Source: Planctomycetota bacterium (GTDB lineage: Bacteria > Planctomycetota > PLA2 > JAEUHO01). Taken from it: a stretch of 64,000 bases of DNA. The stretch is taken from the NCBI GenBank assembly GCA_965222115.1, contig CBDCTJ010000007.1:1216001-1280000 (forward strand), in the 5' to 3' direction. A program made the translations under genes and the position numbers. Position 1 is the stretch's first letter. Each line of letters begins with the position of its first letter. The notes under the pieces were generated by a model. It did not search any database, was not told the DNA's origin, and saw only the letters and a program-made list of their open reading frames with translations. Shown here in pieces: positions 48,296 through 57,895 of the stretch.

Positions 48296-49600
48296 CTACC
48301 TAGCAGCCAACTGCTTCTGGAGCTCGAAGATGGGCAAGAAGACCGACAAACAGATGGTACCCACCATAATACCCATCACCGCAATCATGATGGGCTCAAT
48401 CAAGCTCGTGAGCTGCTTGACGGTGGCGTTGACTTGATCGTCGTAGAACTCGGAGATCTTCTCAAGCAGCACTTCGAGTGAACCGGTCTTCTCGCCAATA
48501 CCTACCATGCGCGTGACCATGGGCGGGAATACCGGGCTCTCGGCCAACGGCCCCGCCAGGCTTTCACCTTGGCGCACGTTGTCTCGTGCCGCCATGACGG
48601 CGTCGCTGATAATGCGATTACCTGACGTGTCGGCCACGATTTCCAGCGCACCCAGCATAGGCACACCGGATTTAATCATTGTGGAGAAGGTCTTGGAGAA
48701 GCGTGAAAGCCCGACTTTCTGAAAGAGGCTGCCAAATACGGGCAGATGGAGCATCATCCAGTCCCACTGGTAGCCGCCCTTGTCCGTCTTCTTGTAGATC
48801 TTGAGGGCGATGAATACAAGGACCATGCCGAGTAGGATCATCATCCAGTTCTCTTGGCAGAATTCACTGGCTGCGAGTACGCCCTTGGTCAAGCCGGGAA
48901 GTTCCACGTCAAGCGAGGAAAACACATCTTTGAACTTGGGAACGACGCCAATCATCAAGAAGCCGGTGATGCCGAAGATCAACACGAGCGAAACGACCGG
49001 GTAGGTCATGGCGCTCTTAATGTTGCGCTTGAGCTTCTGGTTGGCTTCCATGTAGTCAGCCAAACGCGTGAGAATGTCGTCGAGCTGACCGGATGCCTCA
49101 CCGGCCTTGATCATGCTCACGTACACATCGCTAAACGCCTTGGGATAGGGCTGGAGCGATGAACTGAGGTCCTGACCGCCGCGAACCGATGCGATAACTT
49201 CGCCGAGCAGCATATCGAATTGCTTGGAGGCGGCCTGCTCGCGCAAGATCTCCAACGACTCCAGCATGGGAATACCGGCCTGAATCATGGTGGCCAGCTG
49301 CCGCGTGAAAATGACGATCTCTTCAAACTTGCGGACACCGGGCTTGATCTTCCCGATCGTCATGTTGAGGCTAAAGCCACCCTTACTACTCTCACCGGGC
49401 TTCGTCGCGGGAGCAGCCACAGGTCGCGGCGCTGCTTCACTCTTTCCCGGCTTTGCGCGCCCGCCCTTGGCCTCAATGCGCACGGGCATGAGCTTGCGGC
49501 GGCGAAGTTCTTCCACCAACGCGTTTTCGTTGTCCGCGTTGAGGCTGCCTTTTACGGTGCGACCGTCGGTACCAATCGCGCTGTACTTGAAACTGGGCAT
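48296..49600 (-). CDS. pilC: Type IV pilus platform protein (GspF/PilC)
   Basis: FTRQLATM, GEASGQL, AMTYP, GEKTGSL, IEP. Confidence 0.93.
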   Translation of the reverse strand: MPSFKYSAIGTDGRTVKGSLNADNENALVEELRRRKLMPVRIEAKGGRAKPGKSEAAPRPVAAPATKPGESSKGGFSLNMTIGKIKPGVRKFEEIVIFTRQLATMIQAGIPMLESLEILREQAASKQFDMLLGEVIASVRGGQDLSSSLQPYPKAFSDVYVSMIKAGEASGQLDDILTRLADYMEANQKLKRNIKSAMTYPVVSLVLIFGITGFLMIGVVPKFKDVFSSLDVELPGLTKGVLAASEFCQENWMMILLGMVLVFIALKIYKKTDKGGYQWDWMMLHLPVFGSLFQKVGLSRFSKTFSTMIKSGVPMLGALEIVADTSGNRIISDAVMAARDNVRQGESLAGPLAESPVFPPMVTRMVGIGEKTGSLEVLLEKISEFYDDQVNATVKQLTSLIEPIMIAVMGIMVGTICLSVFLPIFELQKQLAAR

Positions 49601-49636
49601 CGAAACTCCTCGCGAACGACCGTTCGGCTCGTATTC

Positions 49637-49663
49637 CTATCGGCTGTTCGCCCGTCGTTCTGA
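49637..49663 (-). promoter_or_regulatory. Sigma28-like internal promoter for pilC
   Basis: TCAG-N15-GCCGATAG. Confidence 0.5.
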
Positions 49664-49674
49664 CAGGGCTAGAC

Positions 49675-51429
49675 TTATTCGGTCGTTTCCTTGTCAGGTG
49701 CACTCTGGGGTTTGGCGCGATCGTCTGCGAGCGTGACGCGCAGAACTTCTTCAATGGATGTTTTGCCTGCTTTGGCGTTGTTGAGGGCCGATCGCCGCAG
49801 CGAGATCATGCCCTCGTCAACCGCCGCGTTTCGAATCTCGATGGCCGAGTGGCCGTTGATGACCATGCGTTTGATCGCGTCGGTCAGGGGCAACGTTTCG
49901 AGAATCGCGAATCGACCCGCGTAGCCGCGACTGCACCTGCTGCAGCCCACGGGCTTGAAGAGCGTTACGCCCTCGTCGATTTCTTCCTGCGTGAATCCCA
50001 CCTGAAGTAGGCGTTCGGGCTTTACGTCGTACTCCTCGCGGCAGTAACTACATAGCTTGCGTAGCAGTCGCTGGGCCGATACGAGCAGCGTGGCGGATGC
50101 AACCATGAACGGGTCCACGCCCATATCAATCATGCGTGTAATCGTGCCCGCAGCGTCGTTGGTGTGCAGCGTGCTAAGTACCAAGTGACCCGTGAGCGCG
50201 GCTTTGATGGCGATGTTGATGGTTTCGGTGTCACGAATCTCACCAATCATGACCGTATCCGGGTCCTGACGCAGAATAGAGCGCAACGCAGCCGAGAACG
50301 TCAGCCCGGATTTCACTTTGACCTGCACCTGGTTGATGCCATCGAGCGTGTACTCGACCGGGTCTTCCACCGTGACGAAGTTCTTCTCCGGTGTCATGAT
50401 TTCTTTGACCGCGCTGTAGAGCGTTGTCGTCTTACCCGAACCGGTGGGCCCGGTAACCAAAATCATGCCGTAGGGACTCGCAATGGCCTCACGGAAGTCA
50501 TTTAGCGCCTTTTCTTCAAAGCCCAGCGTTTCAAGCGACAACGCCAAGTTGCTTGCATCTAGGATACGCATCACCACCTTCTCGCCGAAAACAGTTGGCA
50601 GGGTGGAGACACGGAAGTCCACTTGGCGACCTTCCGCTTTGACTTGGAACTTGCCATCCTGGGGCTTGCGGCGTTCCGCAATGTCGAGGTCCGACATGAT
50701 CTTGATGCGGCTCACGATCGCCTTTTGCATGCGCTTGGGTGGTTCGAGCTCTTCAACCAAGGCACCGTCCGTGCGGTAGCGCACGCGAATACGCTTTTCC
50801 ATCGGTTCAATGTGGATGTCAGAGGCCTTTTGCTTAATGGCGGCGTAGATGATGTGATTCACGAGCTTGATGACGGGCGCGGCTTGGCCATCTTCGGCCG
50901 AGCGCGCAATGTCGAACATCTCTTCGTCGTCGCCCGCCTCTTCCAGTTCGAGTTCCGGATCCATCTGATCGAGCAGATCAGAAAGCCCGTCATCCTGCTC
51001 ACCATAGAGCTCATTGAATTTTTCGCTGATCTGTGCGTCGAGGGCGAGTGCAAGTCGCAATGAACATCCGGTCGCGAGTCGCAGATCGTCGTGTCGGACG
51101 ACGTCAAAGGGATTGGACACGGCAACGGTGAGTACGTCGCCAACCTTGTACATGGGAATGCACCCGGTTTCGCGCGCCAGTGCACCGGGGACGATCTTGG
51201 TGGCGTCTTCGGGAATGGAGATCTGCTCAAGGTTGATGGGCGGGACATTGAGTCGGTCCGAGAGAATGCCGAGCAACTCCGCCCCATCGAGCACGTTCTC
51301 TTCGATGAGGTAGCTCGTGACCGAGGTGCCCCCCGTCGCGGCCGCGTTGGACGCAGATTTCAATACGCCCTGATCAATGCGTCCGGATTGCTCCAGAATG
51401 CTGACGATCTTTCGATTGAAGCTAACCAT
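49675..51429 (-). CDS. pilB: Type IV pilus assembly ATPase
   Basis: ASDIHIEP, GPTGSGKTTT, EDPVE, LRQDPD, HTND, CxxC...CxxC. Confidence 0.93.
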   Translation of the reverse strand: MVSFNRKIVSILEQSGRIDQGVLKSASNAAATGGTSVTSYLIEENVLDGAELLGILSDRLNVPPINLEQISIPEDATKIVPGALARETGCIPMYKVGDVLTVAVSNPFDVVRHDDLRLATGCSLRLALALDAQISEKFNELYGEQDDGLSDLLDQMDPELELEEAGDDEEMFDIARSAEDGQAAPVIKLVNHIIYAAIKQKASDIHIEPMEKRIRVRYRTDGALVEELEPPKRMQKAIVSRIKIMSDLDIAERRKPQDGKFQVKAEGRQVDFRVSTLPTVFGEKVVMRILDASNLALSLETLGFEEKALNDFREAIASPYGMILVTGPTGSGKTTTLYSAVKEIMTPEKNFVTVEDPVEYTLDGINQVQVKVKSGLTFSAALRSILRQDPDTVMIGEIRDTETINIAIKAALTGHLVLSTLHTNDAAGTITRMIDMGVDPFMVASATLLVSAQRLLRKLCSYCREEYDVKPERLLQVGFTQEEIDEGVTLFKPVGCSRCSRGYAGRFAILETLPLTDAIKRMVINGHSAIEIRNAAVDEGMISLRRSALNNAKAGKTSIEEVLRVTLADDRAKPQSAPDKETTE

Positions 51430-51475
51430 CGGGGATTGTCCTTTTCGCTCGTCGGTCGCGTTATCCGCGCCTTAC

Positions 51476-52567
51476 TTAGTAGCGAGACACCGCCGTGCCC
51501 GTCGATTCCAGCGTGCGCCGTAGATCTTCGTGATCGGCCGAGAAGTTGAAGGCTTCTTCGGTCGTGATGTAGCGCTTCTTCACCAGCTCCGATAGCGATT
51601 GATTCATCGTCTTCATGCCAAGCTTGCCGGCCGTTTGGATGATGCTGTAGATCTGGTGAGCCTTGTCGTCACGAATCAACGCACGCACGGCGTTGTTGGC
51701 GATCATGATTTCCATGGCCAGCGCACGTCCGCTGCCACTTGTAAGAGGAATCAGCTGCTGGCAGAACACCGCCTGCAACGTAAAGCTGAGCTGGGTCCGA
51801 ATCTGCTGCTGCTGGTGGGACGGAAACACGTCCACGATACGGTTGATGGACTGCACGCAGTCACTGGTGTGCAACGTGCCAAACGTCAAGTGACCGGTTT
51901 CCGCAATCGTTAGCGCGGCTTCGATCGTCTCCATGTCGCGCATCTCACCCACGAGCACAATGTCGGGGTCTTCGCGCAGGGCGCTCTTGAGCGCACGGCT
52001 AAAGCTCTTGGTATCTGCGCCCACTTCGCGCTGATTCACCAAACAGCCCTTGTTGCGATGCAGAAACTCGATGGGGTCTTCCACGGTGAGCACGTGGTCT
52101 GATCGCGTATCGTTGATGTAGTCGAGCATGGCGGCCAGTGTGGTGCTCTTACCACTACCCGTCGCCCCGGTCACGAGTACGAGACCACGCGGAAGCTTCG
52201 CCACGTCGGTACACACCCGGCGTGGCAGGCCAAGCTCATCAAAGCCCTTGACCACGGCCGGGATCATTCGAAGGACCGACGCCACTGAGCCGCGTTGGTA
52301 AAAGACGTTGACGCGAAATCGGCCCATGGCCTCGACGCCGAACGACATATCCAGCTCGAATTCCTTCTCGAAGCGCGCGATTTGATCGCCGGTGAGGTAG
52401 GAGTAGATCAACTGCTTGCAGGTATCGGGCTGCAGCATGTCGTGGTCAGTGTTGTAGAGTTCACCGTCGATGCGGATTTTCGGTGGGGACCCCGAGGAGA
52501 GGTGGAGGTCGGATCCACCCCGATCGACCAGGATCTGGAGAAGTTCTTCGATTGTTGCGCTTGCCAT
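51476..52567 (-). CDS. pilT: Type IV pilus retraction ATPase
   Basis: SDLHL, GATGSGKSTT, LREDPD, GEMRD, AETGH, AVRALIR. Confidence 0.93.
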   Translation of the reverse strand: MASATIEELLQILVDRGGSDLHLSSGSPPKIRIDGELYNTDHDMLQPDTCKQLIYSYLTGDQIARFEKEFELDMSFGVEAMGRFRVNVFYQRGSVASVLRMIPAVVKGFDELGLPRRVCTDVAKLPRGLVLVTGATGSGKSTTLAAMLDYINDTRSDHVLTVEDPIEFLHRNKGCLVNQREVGADTKSFSRALKSALREDPDIVLVGEMRDMETIEAALTIAETGHLTFGTLHTSDCVQSINRIVDVFPSHQQQQIRTQLSFTLQAVFCQQLIPLTSGSGRALAMEIMIANNAVRALIRDDKAHQIYSIIQTAGKLGMKTMNQSLSELVKKRYITTEEAFNFSADHEDLRRTLESTGTAVSRY

Positions 52568-52617
52568 GTGGTCCACCCCCTGTCGCGAGACGGATGCCCC
52601 GCAGTTCAGGTGCGCAC

Positions 52618-52646
52618 CTATCGACACGCGACGACCAAATTCTTGA
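52618..52646 (-). promoter_or_regulatory. Sigma28-like promoter for pilT operon
   Basis: TCAAG-N16-GTCGATAG. Confidence 0.55.
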
Positions 52647-52692
52647 ACACTCGCCGAGGGAATGCGCCATCGCCGACCGATTGCGGTGCGTC

Positions 52693-52720
52693 TCAGGCTT
52701 CATCGTCAAGTGGTCGATAG
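52693..52720 (+). promoter_or_regulatory. Divergent sigma28-like promoter
   Basis: TCAG-N16-GTCGATAG. Confidence 0.45.
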
Positions 52721-52726
52721 CGAGAT

Positions 52727-52824
52727 CAGCATTCTCTGGGTCCTCGCTTAACCGGGCTCCCGGTCGCCTGCTTCGGCCGGCGGCGGGGTGTGCCGCGCAG
52801 CGGTTGGGCGGGGCCCTTTTTCTT
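52727..52824 (+). ncRNA. Candidate structured sRNA or attenuator
   Basis: GGGCTCC/GGGGCCC closing stem, internal cUUCGg hairpin and second hairpin, followed by TTTTTCTT. Confidence 0.35.
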
Positions 52825-52911
52825 CCCCGTTGCGGGTGAAGCGGCTACCAACCGACGAAAGCGCTTCGACCGACCGGCGCGTGGGCTCGCCGTCGTGGTA
52901 TCTCAATCGCC

Positions 52912-53793
52912 ATGGCGCCTGCATCCCTCGACTCCTTTCGCGATCGCGTCGATGCGGCACTCATCGACCTCGACGGAACCCTGCTCGACGGGACGTCCCA
53001 AGTCTCGCCCCGCACCCGCGACGCGCTGTTGCGACTCATGGCAACGGGTGTTCGCGTCGTGCTTTGTACGGGTCGCAGCGCAGTCGGCACGCTGGAGGCC
53101 TACGACACGCTGGGTCTCACCGGCGAGGTCGTTTCGCTCAATGGGTCATGGATTGGGCAGCCACGCGAAGCGCCGAAGCAACAGATCAACCTCTCGGCCG
53201 CGTGTTTGGACGACGTGTTTGGCTACGAGTCGGTTTCGCGATTCTCGTTTCGCTACCACGACTCGGGCAAGTACACCGTGCGTACCGACCATCCCGACCA
53301 CAAGAAGATTATGGCGTGGTATCGCGATCCCTTCGTGGTGAATCACTCGGGCGAATTGCCAACCACCGAGTTGCCACGCATCACGTTGTTCTTTGAAGGC
53401 ACCGACGAAGAGCGTCAAGCGGGATGGGACGCACTTGCTTCAGAGGCTCGCGCCCACATTCGCCGTGAAGAGTTTTCCCTCGACATCTTTCCTGAGTATC
53501 GGGATTCCTCGCTTTGGTTGGTGGAACTTCAGGCCGCATGCCGCGGCAAGGCGGAAGGCGTCGATTGGCTACAGTCGCGCTACGGTATTGCGCCGGAGCG
53601 CGTGGTGGCGATTGGTGATCACCGAAACGATATTCCTATGTTGGATGCGGCGGGTTTCGCGCTCGTCATGGAGAACGGTGTGGACGAGGCTCGCGCGGCT
53701 GCCGACTTGGTGATCGGCCACCACGCTCGCGATGGCTTGGCCGACTGGATCGACGCCGGTGCACCCTTGACGCCCAGCGAGGTCAACACATGA
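52912..53793 (+). CDS. Cof-type HAD-IIB hydrolase
   Basis: DLDGTLL, CTGR, K, GDHRND. Confidence 0.9.
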   Translation: MAPASLDSFRDRVDAALIDLDGTLLDGTSQVSPRTRDALLRLMATGVRVVLCTGRSAVGTLEAYDTLGLTGEVVSLNGSWIGQPREAPKQQINLSAACLDDVFGYESVSRFSFRYHDSGKYTVRTDHPDHKKIMAWYRDPFVVNHSGELPTTELPRITLFFEGTDEERQAGWDALASEARAHIRREEFSLDIFPEYRDSSLWLVELQAACRGKAEGVDWLQSRYGIAPERVVAIGDHRNDIPMLDAAGFALVMENGVDEARAAADLVIGHHARDGLADWIDAGAPLTPSEVNT

Positions 53794-54653
53794 CGAGCAA
53801 AACCGTTGCCCTATCGACATCGGCCACACCACGTGCAACCACCGACACGGGCTTGCTCGACGTGGCGACCAAAGTTGGCGCCCGTGACTTTGCGCTACAC
53901 AAGATGCCCAAATCCGATGCCCATGCCATGCGGACGGTCGTGCGATCTCGCGGCCTCACGGTGCACGGCATCGACATTGCTTTCTCTGTGACGCACGGTG
54001 CCGCACAGCGTCGGCGCATTTTGTTGGATGCGCAGCGTGTGGGCGGTGAGTTGCGTGTGTCCCACCTCGTCTTGGATCTTGGCGACATTGGTACTGATGT
54101 GGATCGCGACGCGCGTCGCTACCTTACACTCGCGCGCGCCGCATCGGACAAGACGCTCGGCGACGGCGACGTGGAAGACAGTGACGTGGAAGGCAGTGTG
54201 TGGCAGCGCTACTTGGACGCGCGTGATGAGCGACGCGAGGATGCGGTTGAAGCGTGGGCGCGACAATTGCACCCATTCCATGGCGCCGGCACACCCATTG
54301 CATTTCGGCCTGCTACTGATGGCGTTGGCTTGTTGGGTATTGAAGAGATGGGTTGGTTGCTCGACGAGTTGCCCCAAGCCACGCTATGGCTCGACCTCGC
54401 AGCCTTAAATCGCATGAATGACACAGCGGCACCGTGGCTCGATGCCTACGCAGATCGCACCACGGCAGTGTTGGTATCGGGGTCCGATGCGCAGGGCGCG
54501 GGGGCACATCCCCAGCGTGCCGACATTGACTGGGCGGGCATTGGTTCGAGCATGCCTGGGCGCGCCATCTGGGTCTTGGCCATGCGGCGGGGGCATTCCG
54601 ATGGCGACGTTTCCGATGGTCTCGCCTATCTTCAAAGCCGCGTAGCAACGTAG
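53790..54653 (+). CDS. Degenerate xylose-isomerase-like TIM-barrel protein
   Basis: ALSTS start, HLVLDLG, LWLDLA, H-P...IDW pattern without the usual metal ligands. Confidence 0.55.
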   Translation: MTSKTVALSTSATPRATTDTGLLDVATKVGARDFALHKMPKSDAHAMRTVVRSRGLTVHGIDIAFSVTHGAAQRRRILLDAQRVGGELRVSHLVLDLGDIGTDVDRDARRYLTLARAASDKTLGDGDVEDSDVEGSVWQRYLDARDERREDAVEAWARQLHPFHGAGTPIAFRPATDGVGLLGIEEMGWLLDELPQATLWLDLAALNRMNDTAAPWLDAYADRTTAVLVSGSDAQGAGAHPQRADIDWAGIGSSMPGRAIWVLAMRRGHSDGDVSDGLAYLQSRVAT

Positions 54654-54683
54654 CGCGACGCGCCTCAAGTACAGGACATCAAC

Positions 54684-54911
54684 ATGAGTCACGACGCATC
54701 GGCAAGCGCGCCAGCAACTGATGACGCAACCGTCACCCACACGTTTCCTCCGATCCCGGAGGAACGCTGGATCACGCCTGCGTCAGAGGACTTTCAGAAT
54801 CCGCCCAAGGCCCGCGCGTATCTGTGGCCCGTGGTGTGGATCGGTGTTGCTTTGCTGGTGGGGTGGTTGCTTGCGGACCTTCCGTGGACGACGCATCACA
54901 TGAATCACTAG
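54684..54911 (+). CDS. Small single-TM protein
   Basis: AGGA SD; one TM helix. Confidence 0.55.
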   Translation: MSHDASASAPATDDATVTHTFPPIPEERWITPASEDFQNPPKARAYLWPVVWIGVALLVGWLLADLPWTTHHMNH

Positions 54912-55108
54912 CGCTGTAGAGCGTCGCGCCTCCAAACCGTGGCGCCCACGCCTGAAACAGATCGCACGAGACGCGGCTAGCCCTCGTCATGTTCCGGGGA
55001 GGGTGCGGATTCTGCCCATCCGCTGTGTGACGCCCGATTTCTGAAATTTTCCCGGGCCCGGGTGCTCCGTGACTGACTGCGGATTCGCGCAGGCACTTAG
55101 GAGTTCCC

Positions 55109-55933
55109 ATGTCCACCGCCGCACCAGCACCCAGCCAGTCGAAGCGTCAAAAGGCACCTGTTCGTTCCCGCCGCGCCATCAAAGAGGCACGGTCCAGCGG
55201 ACGGGCGCGCGGTTGGCTCGCGGCCATCGCCGTTGCGGGCGGCGCGCTCCTTGCCTACATGGCCGCCAAAGCGGGTCCCTCATTTAGTTACAGTTTGGAA
55301 CGAGCATACGGATTCAAACGTGCCGATGTTAGGTCGCTTGACATCAGTGTGTCGAGCATCGTGACGTACGGTGTCATCGCTATCGTGCTCGGTCTGCTTG
55401 CATGCTTCTTGTTGCGCGGCGTCAAGACCCACGCTCGTTACGTAGGCATGCTCGCGGCGGTGATCGCGATGGGGATCGGCGGCTACCGGATCGTCAAAGC
55501 GATGCAGATTTCATCCGACCCCTTGTCAATCGTACAAGAACGCGTCGACAAGCCGGTTCGTCTTGCCAACTCGGCGAATGCGCGCAAGGCACGTAAGCTC
55601 ATTGAGAAAGTCAGAGGCAAAGCGGTAGAAGACATAGTGCGAACCATGACCCGCGCGATCGAACTCGATCCACAAGCGCTACTTGCCTACCACCACCGAG
55701 CCGGTGCCTATGGCGCGATGGGGAATTACGATCTCGCACTTGCGGACCTCGACACGTTGCTCGCTGCGGAGCCCAACTTTGCTCCCGCCCTGTTTCGCCG
55801 AGGCTTGGTCTACGAGGACAAGAAGGACTTCGAACAAGCACACAGAGACTTTGCGCGGGCTGTCGAGCTAGATGGTGATGACAACGTCTATCAGCGTGCA
55901 CTTCGTCGCGCGCAGGCAAAAGTCACTCGATAG
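55109..55933 (+). CDS. Membrane protein with C-terminal TPR repeats
   Basis: Three TMs; AIELDP..AY..RA, ALFRRG, DFARAVELD. Confidence 0.82.
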   Translation: MSTAAPAPSQSKRQKAPVRSRRAIKEARSSGRARGWLAAIAVAGGALLAYMAAKAGPSFSYSLERAYGFKRADVRSLDISVSSIVTYGVIAIVLGLLACFLLRGVKTHARYVGMLAAVIAMGIGGYRIVKAMQISSDPLSIVQERVDKPVRLANSANARKARKLIEKVRGKAVEDIVRTMTRAIELDPQALLAYHHRAGAYGAMGNYDLALADLDTLLAAEPNFAPALFRRGLVYEDKKDFEQAHRDFARAVELDGDDNVYQRALRRAQAKVTR

Positions 55934-56224
55934 GTAGCATTCGTGTTGGGGCGAGTGCGTGTTGGACGTGGTGTGGTGCGCTCTTGGAAGAAGAAGGCTC
56001 TCACTAAGCACACCAAGATCACCAAGCGCAACCGAACGCGGTGGTACGTGCGGCCATCGTATCTGTGCTGGTGGCGGGACGCTGTTTGATGGCAAGACAG
56101 GGGCGCAAGCGACGGTGAACGAATTTCGTGAATACGCGGAATGGGTTTCAATCGGTTCGACTCTTGGCGTATCTCACAACGTGAGTCAATGTCCTCGCCT
56201 TAAGCGTTCCACTTCATTGTCAAC

Positions 56225-56326
56225 GGCCCCGCGGGGGCCTCGGATCACAGCCCAGGGTGGCGCGCCAGCGTAGCGGCGCAGAACCCTGGGATAGATGATC
56301 CCCAATGTGCCCGCCCTGACAGGGCG
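56225..56326. repeat. Triple-hairpin palindromic element
   Basis: GGCCCC/GGGGCC; CCCAGGGT...ACCCTGGG; CGCCCTGACAGGGCG. Confidence 0.55.
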
Positions 56327-56450
56327 GCGGAGACGTGCACGCATTCCCGGTACCCCTGTAGAACCAAACTCGTATGGTGCGAGCGTTGTTGACTGTTCGT
56401 TCCACGCATCTTGGCACGGGACATAGGTCACGAAGTTGGTGGGAAAAAAC

Positions 56451-57873
56451 GGCTCTACTGCTCTTTGTGTGGGTCGTACATTTGCGATTTCTTGTCCTGC
56501 CGCCCCTAAGAGGGCGCGGACGGCAGGAAAAGAAATGATGTTTGTTAGAACAGGCTGTCACAACCTAGAGGTGCCCACGGGACTCATGTTTCTTTGTTGG
56601 TTACGAAATCGACAAATCAACAGAGGAGCCCCATGCGCGCCACCACGTTATTGCATCGGATGATCGATGTCCCGGGGATGTACGTCCGATCGGTAGATTT
56701 TTCGCTGCGTGGCGTGATCGCCACGGTGTCTCCGCGCCATCGCCTGCCTCGTTGCAGTGGGTGTGGGGAAAGGGCCCCGGGCTACGATCGGCTGAGATCT
56801 AGGTTTTGGCGCCACCTGGGGATCGGTTCTACGCGAGTGTGGTTCAGATACTCACCGCGTCGCGTGAACTGCTCCCGTTGCGGCGTGCGAGCCGAGCAAG
56901 TGCCGTGGGCTGAGGCTCAGAGCCGATTCACAAAGGATTTCGAGGAAATGGTGGCGTACTTAGTTCGAACGACGGACAAGACGCAGGTCTCAGTCCAAAT
57001 GGGCGTGACGTGGCGAACGGTTGGTTCCATCGTCACGCGTGTCGTCGCGAAACGCCAGGATCCCGACCGACTCTCGAATCTGCGCTGGATTGGCATGGAT
57101 GAGTTCAGCCATCTTCGCGGACACAACTTCATTACGTTGGTTGTCGATCACGATCGTCGCCGCGTGGTGTGGGCAGCCGAAGGGAAGGATTCAGCGACGC
57201 TACGCAAGTTTTTCGAAGAGATATCGCCGGAGGACGCTGCCAAGATCGAAGGTGTAACGACGGATCTGGCGGGATGGAACCGCAAAGCCATTGCGACACA
57301 CATCCCTCAAGCCCAAGTTGTATTCGATCGCTTTCACATCCAGAAGCTAGCAGGCGTGGCACTCGATGAAGTACGCCGCGAACAGCTACGAGAACTTCGA
57401 GGCACTGATCAAGGTCGGTTCATTTTCTACTCGCGTTACGCAATCCTAAAGAACTACTGTGACCTCGATTCGAAGCAGCGGACCAAGCTCAGCGAGATCG
57501 AGCGGACGAACAAGAAGCTGTATCGCGCTTATCTCCTAAAGGAGTCGCTTGGTGCGGCACTGGATTACCTTCAACCGAAGCGAGCTCGGCGCGCCCTTCG
57601 TGAGTGGCTGGCTTGGGCGTCGCGATCCAAACTCAAACAGTTCGTGCGATTGGCCAAAACGCTTCGGGAGCACTTCGATGGCATCATCGCCTACATCAGT
57701 TGCCGCATGACCAACGGCATCGTGGAAGGCATCAACAATCGGCTCCGCATGGTGGCTCGACGAGCATACGGATTTCACAGCGCCAAGGCGCTGATCTCTA
57801 TGTTGTTCCTGTGCAACGGCGGCATCGAACTCCATCCGAAGTTGCCATGACCCACATGAAGAGCAGGAGACTC
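56451..57873 (+). mobile_element. ISL3-family insertion sequence, 25-bp imperfect IRs, 8-bp TSD GAAAAAAC
   Basis: IRL GGCTCTACTGCTCTTTGTGTGGGTC; IRR GACCCACATGAAGAGCAGGAGACTC; TSD at 56443-56450 and 57874-57881. Confidence 0.92.
56633..57850 (+). CDS. ISL3-family transposase
   Basis: CSGC/CSRC zinc finger, GMDEF, TTD, FDRFH, TNGIVEGINN, RRAYGF. Confidence 0.95.
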   Translation: MRATTLLHRMIDVPGMYVRSVDFSLRGVIATVSPRHRLPRCSGCGERAPGYDRLRSRFWRHLGIGSTRVWFRYSPRRVNCSRCGVRAEQVPWAEAQSRFTKDFEEMVAYLVRTTDKTQVSVQMGVTWRTVGSIVTRVVAKRQDPDRLSNLRWIGMDEFSHLRGHNFITLVVDHDRRRVVWAAEGKDSATLRKFFEEISPEDAAKIEGVTTDLAGWNRKAIATHIPQAQVVFDRFHIQKLAGVALDEVRREQLRELRGTDQGRFIFYSRYAILKNYCDLDSKQRTKLSEIERTNKKLYRAYLLKESLGAALDYLQPKRARRALREWLAWASRSKLKQFVRLAKTLREHFDGIIAYISCRMTNGIVEGINNRLRMVARRAYGFHSAKALISMLFLCNGGIELHPKLP

Positions 57874-57895
57874 GAAAAAACGCGGCACGGTATCC

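Noticed and set aside
52754-52816. SRP RNA or tRNA
   Set aside because: Lacks the SRP domain IV CAGG-GNRA-AGCA arrangement and the tRNA T-loop/cloverleaf
56411-56428. Sigma54 promoter (TGGCACG)
   Set aside because: No TTGC -12 element at the correct spacing
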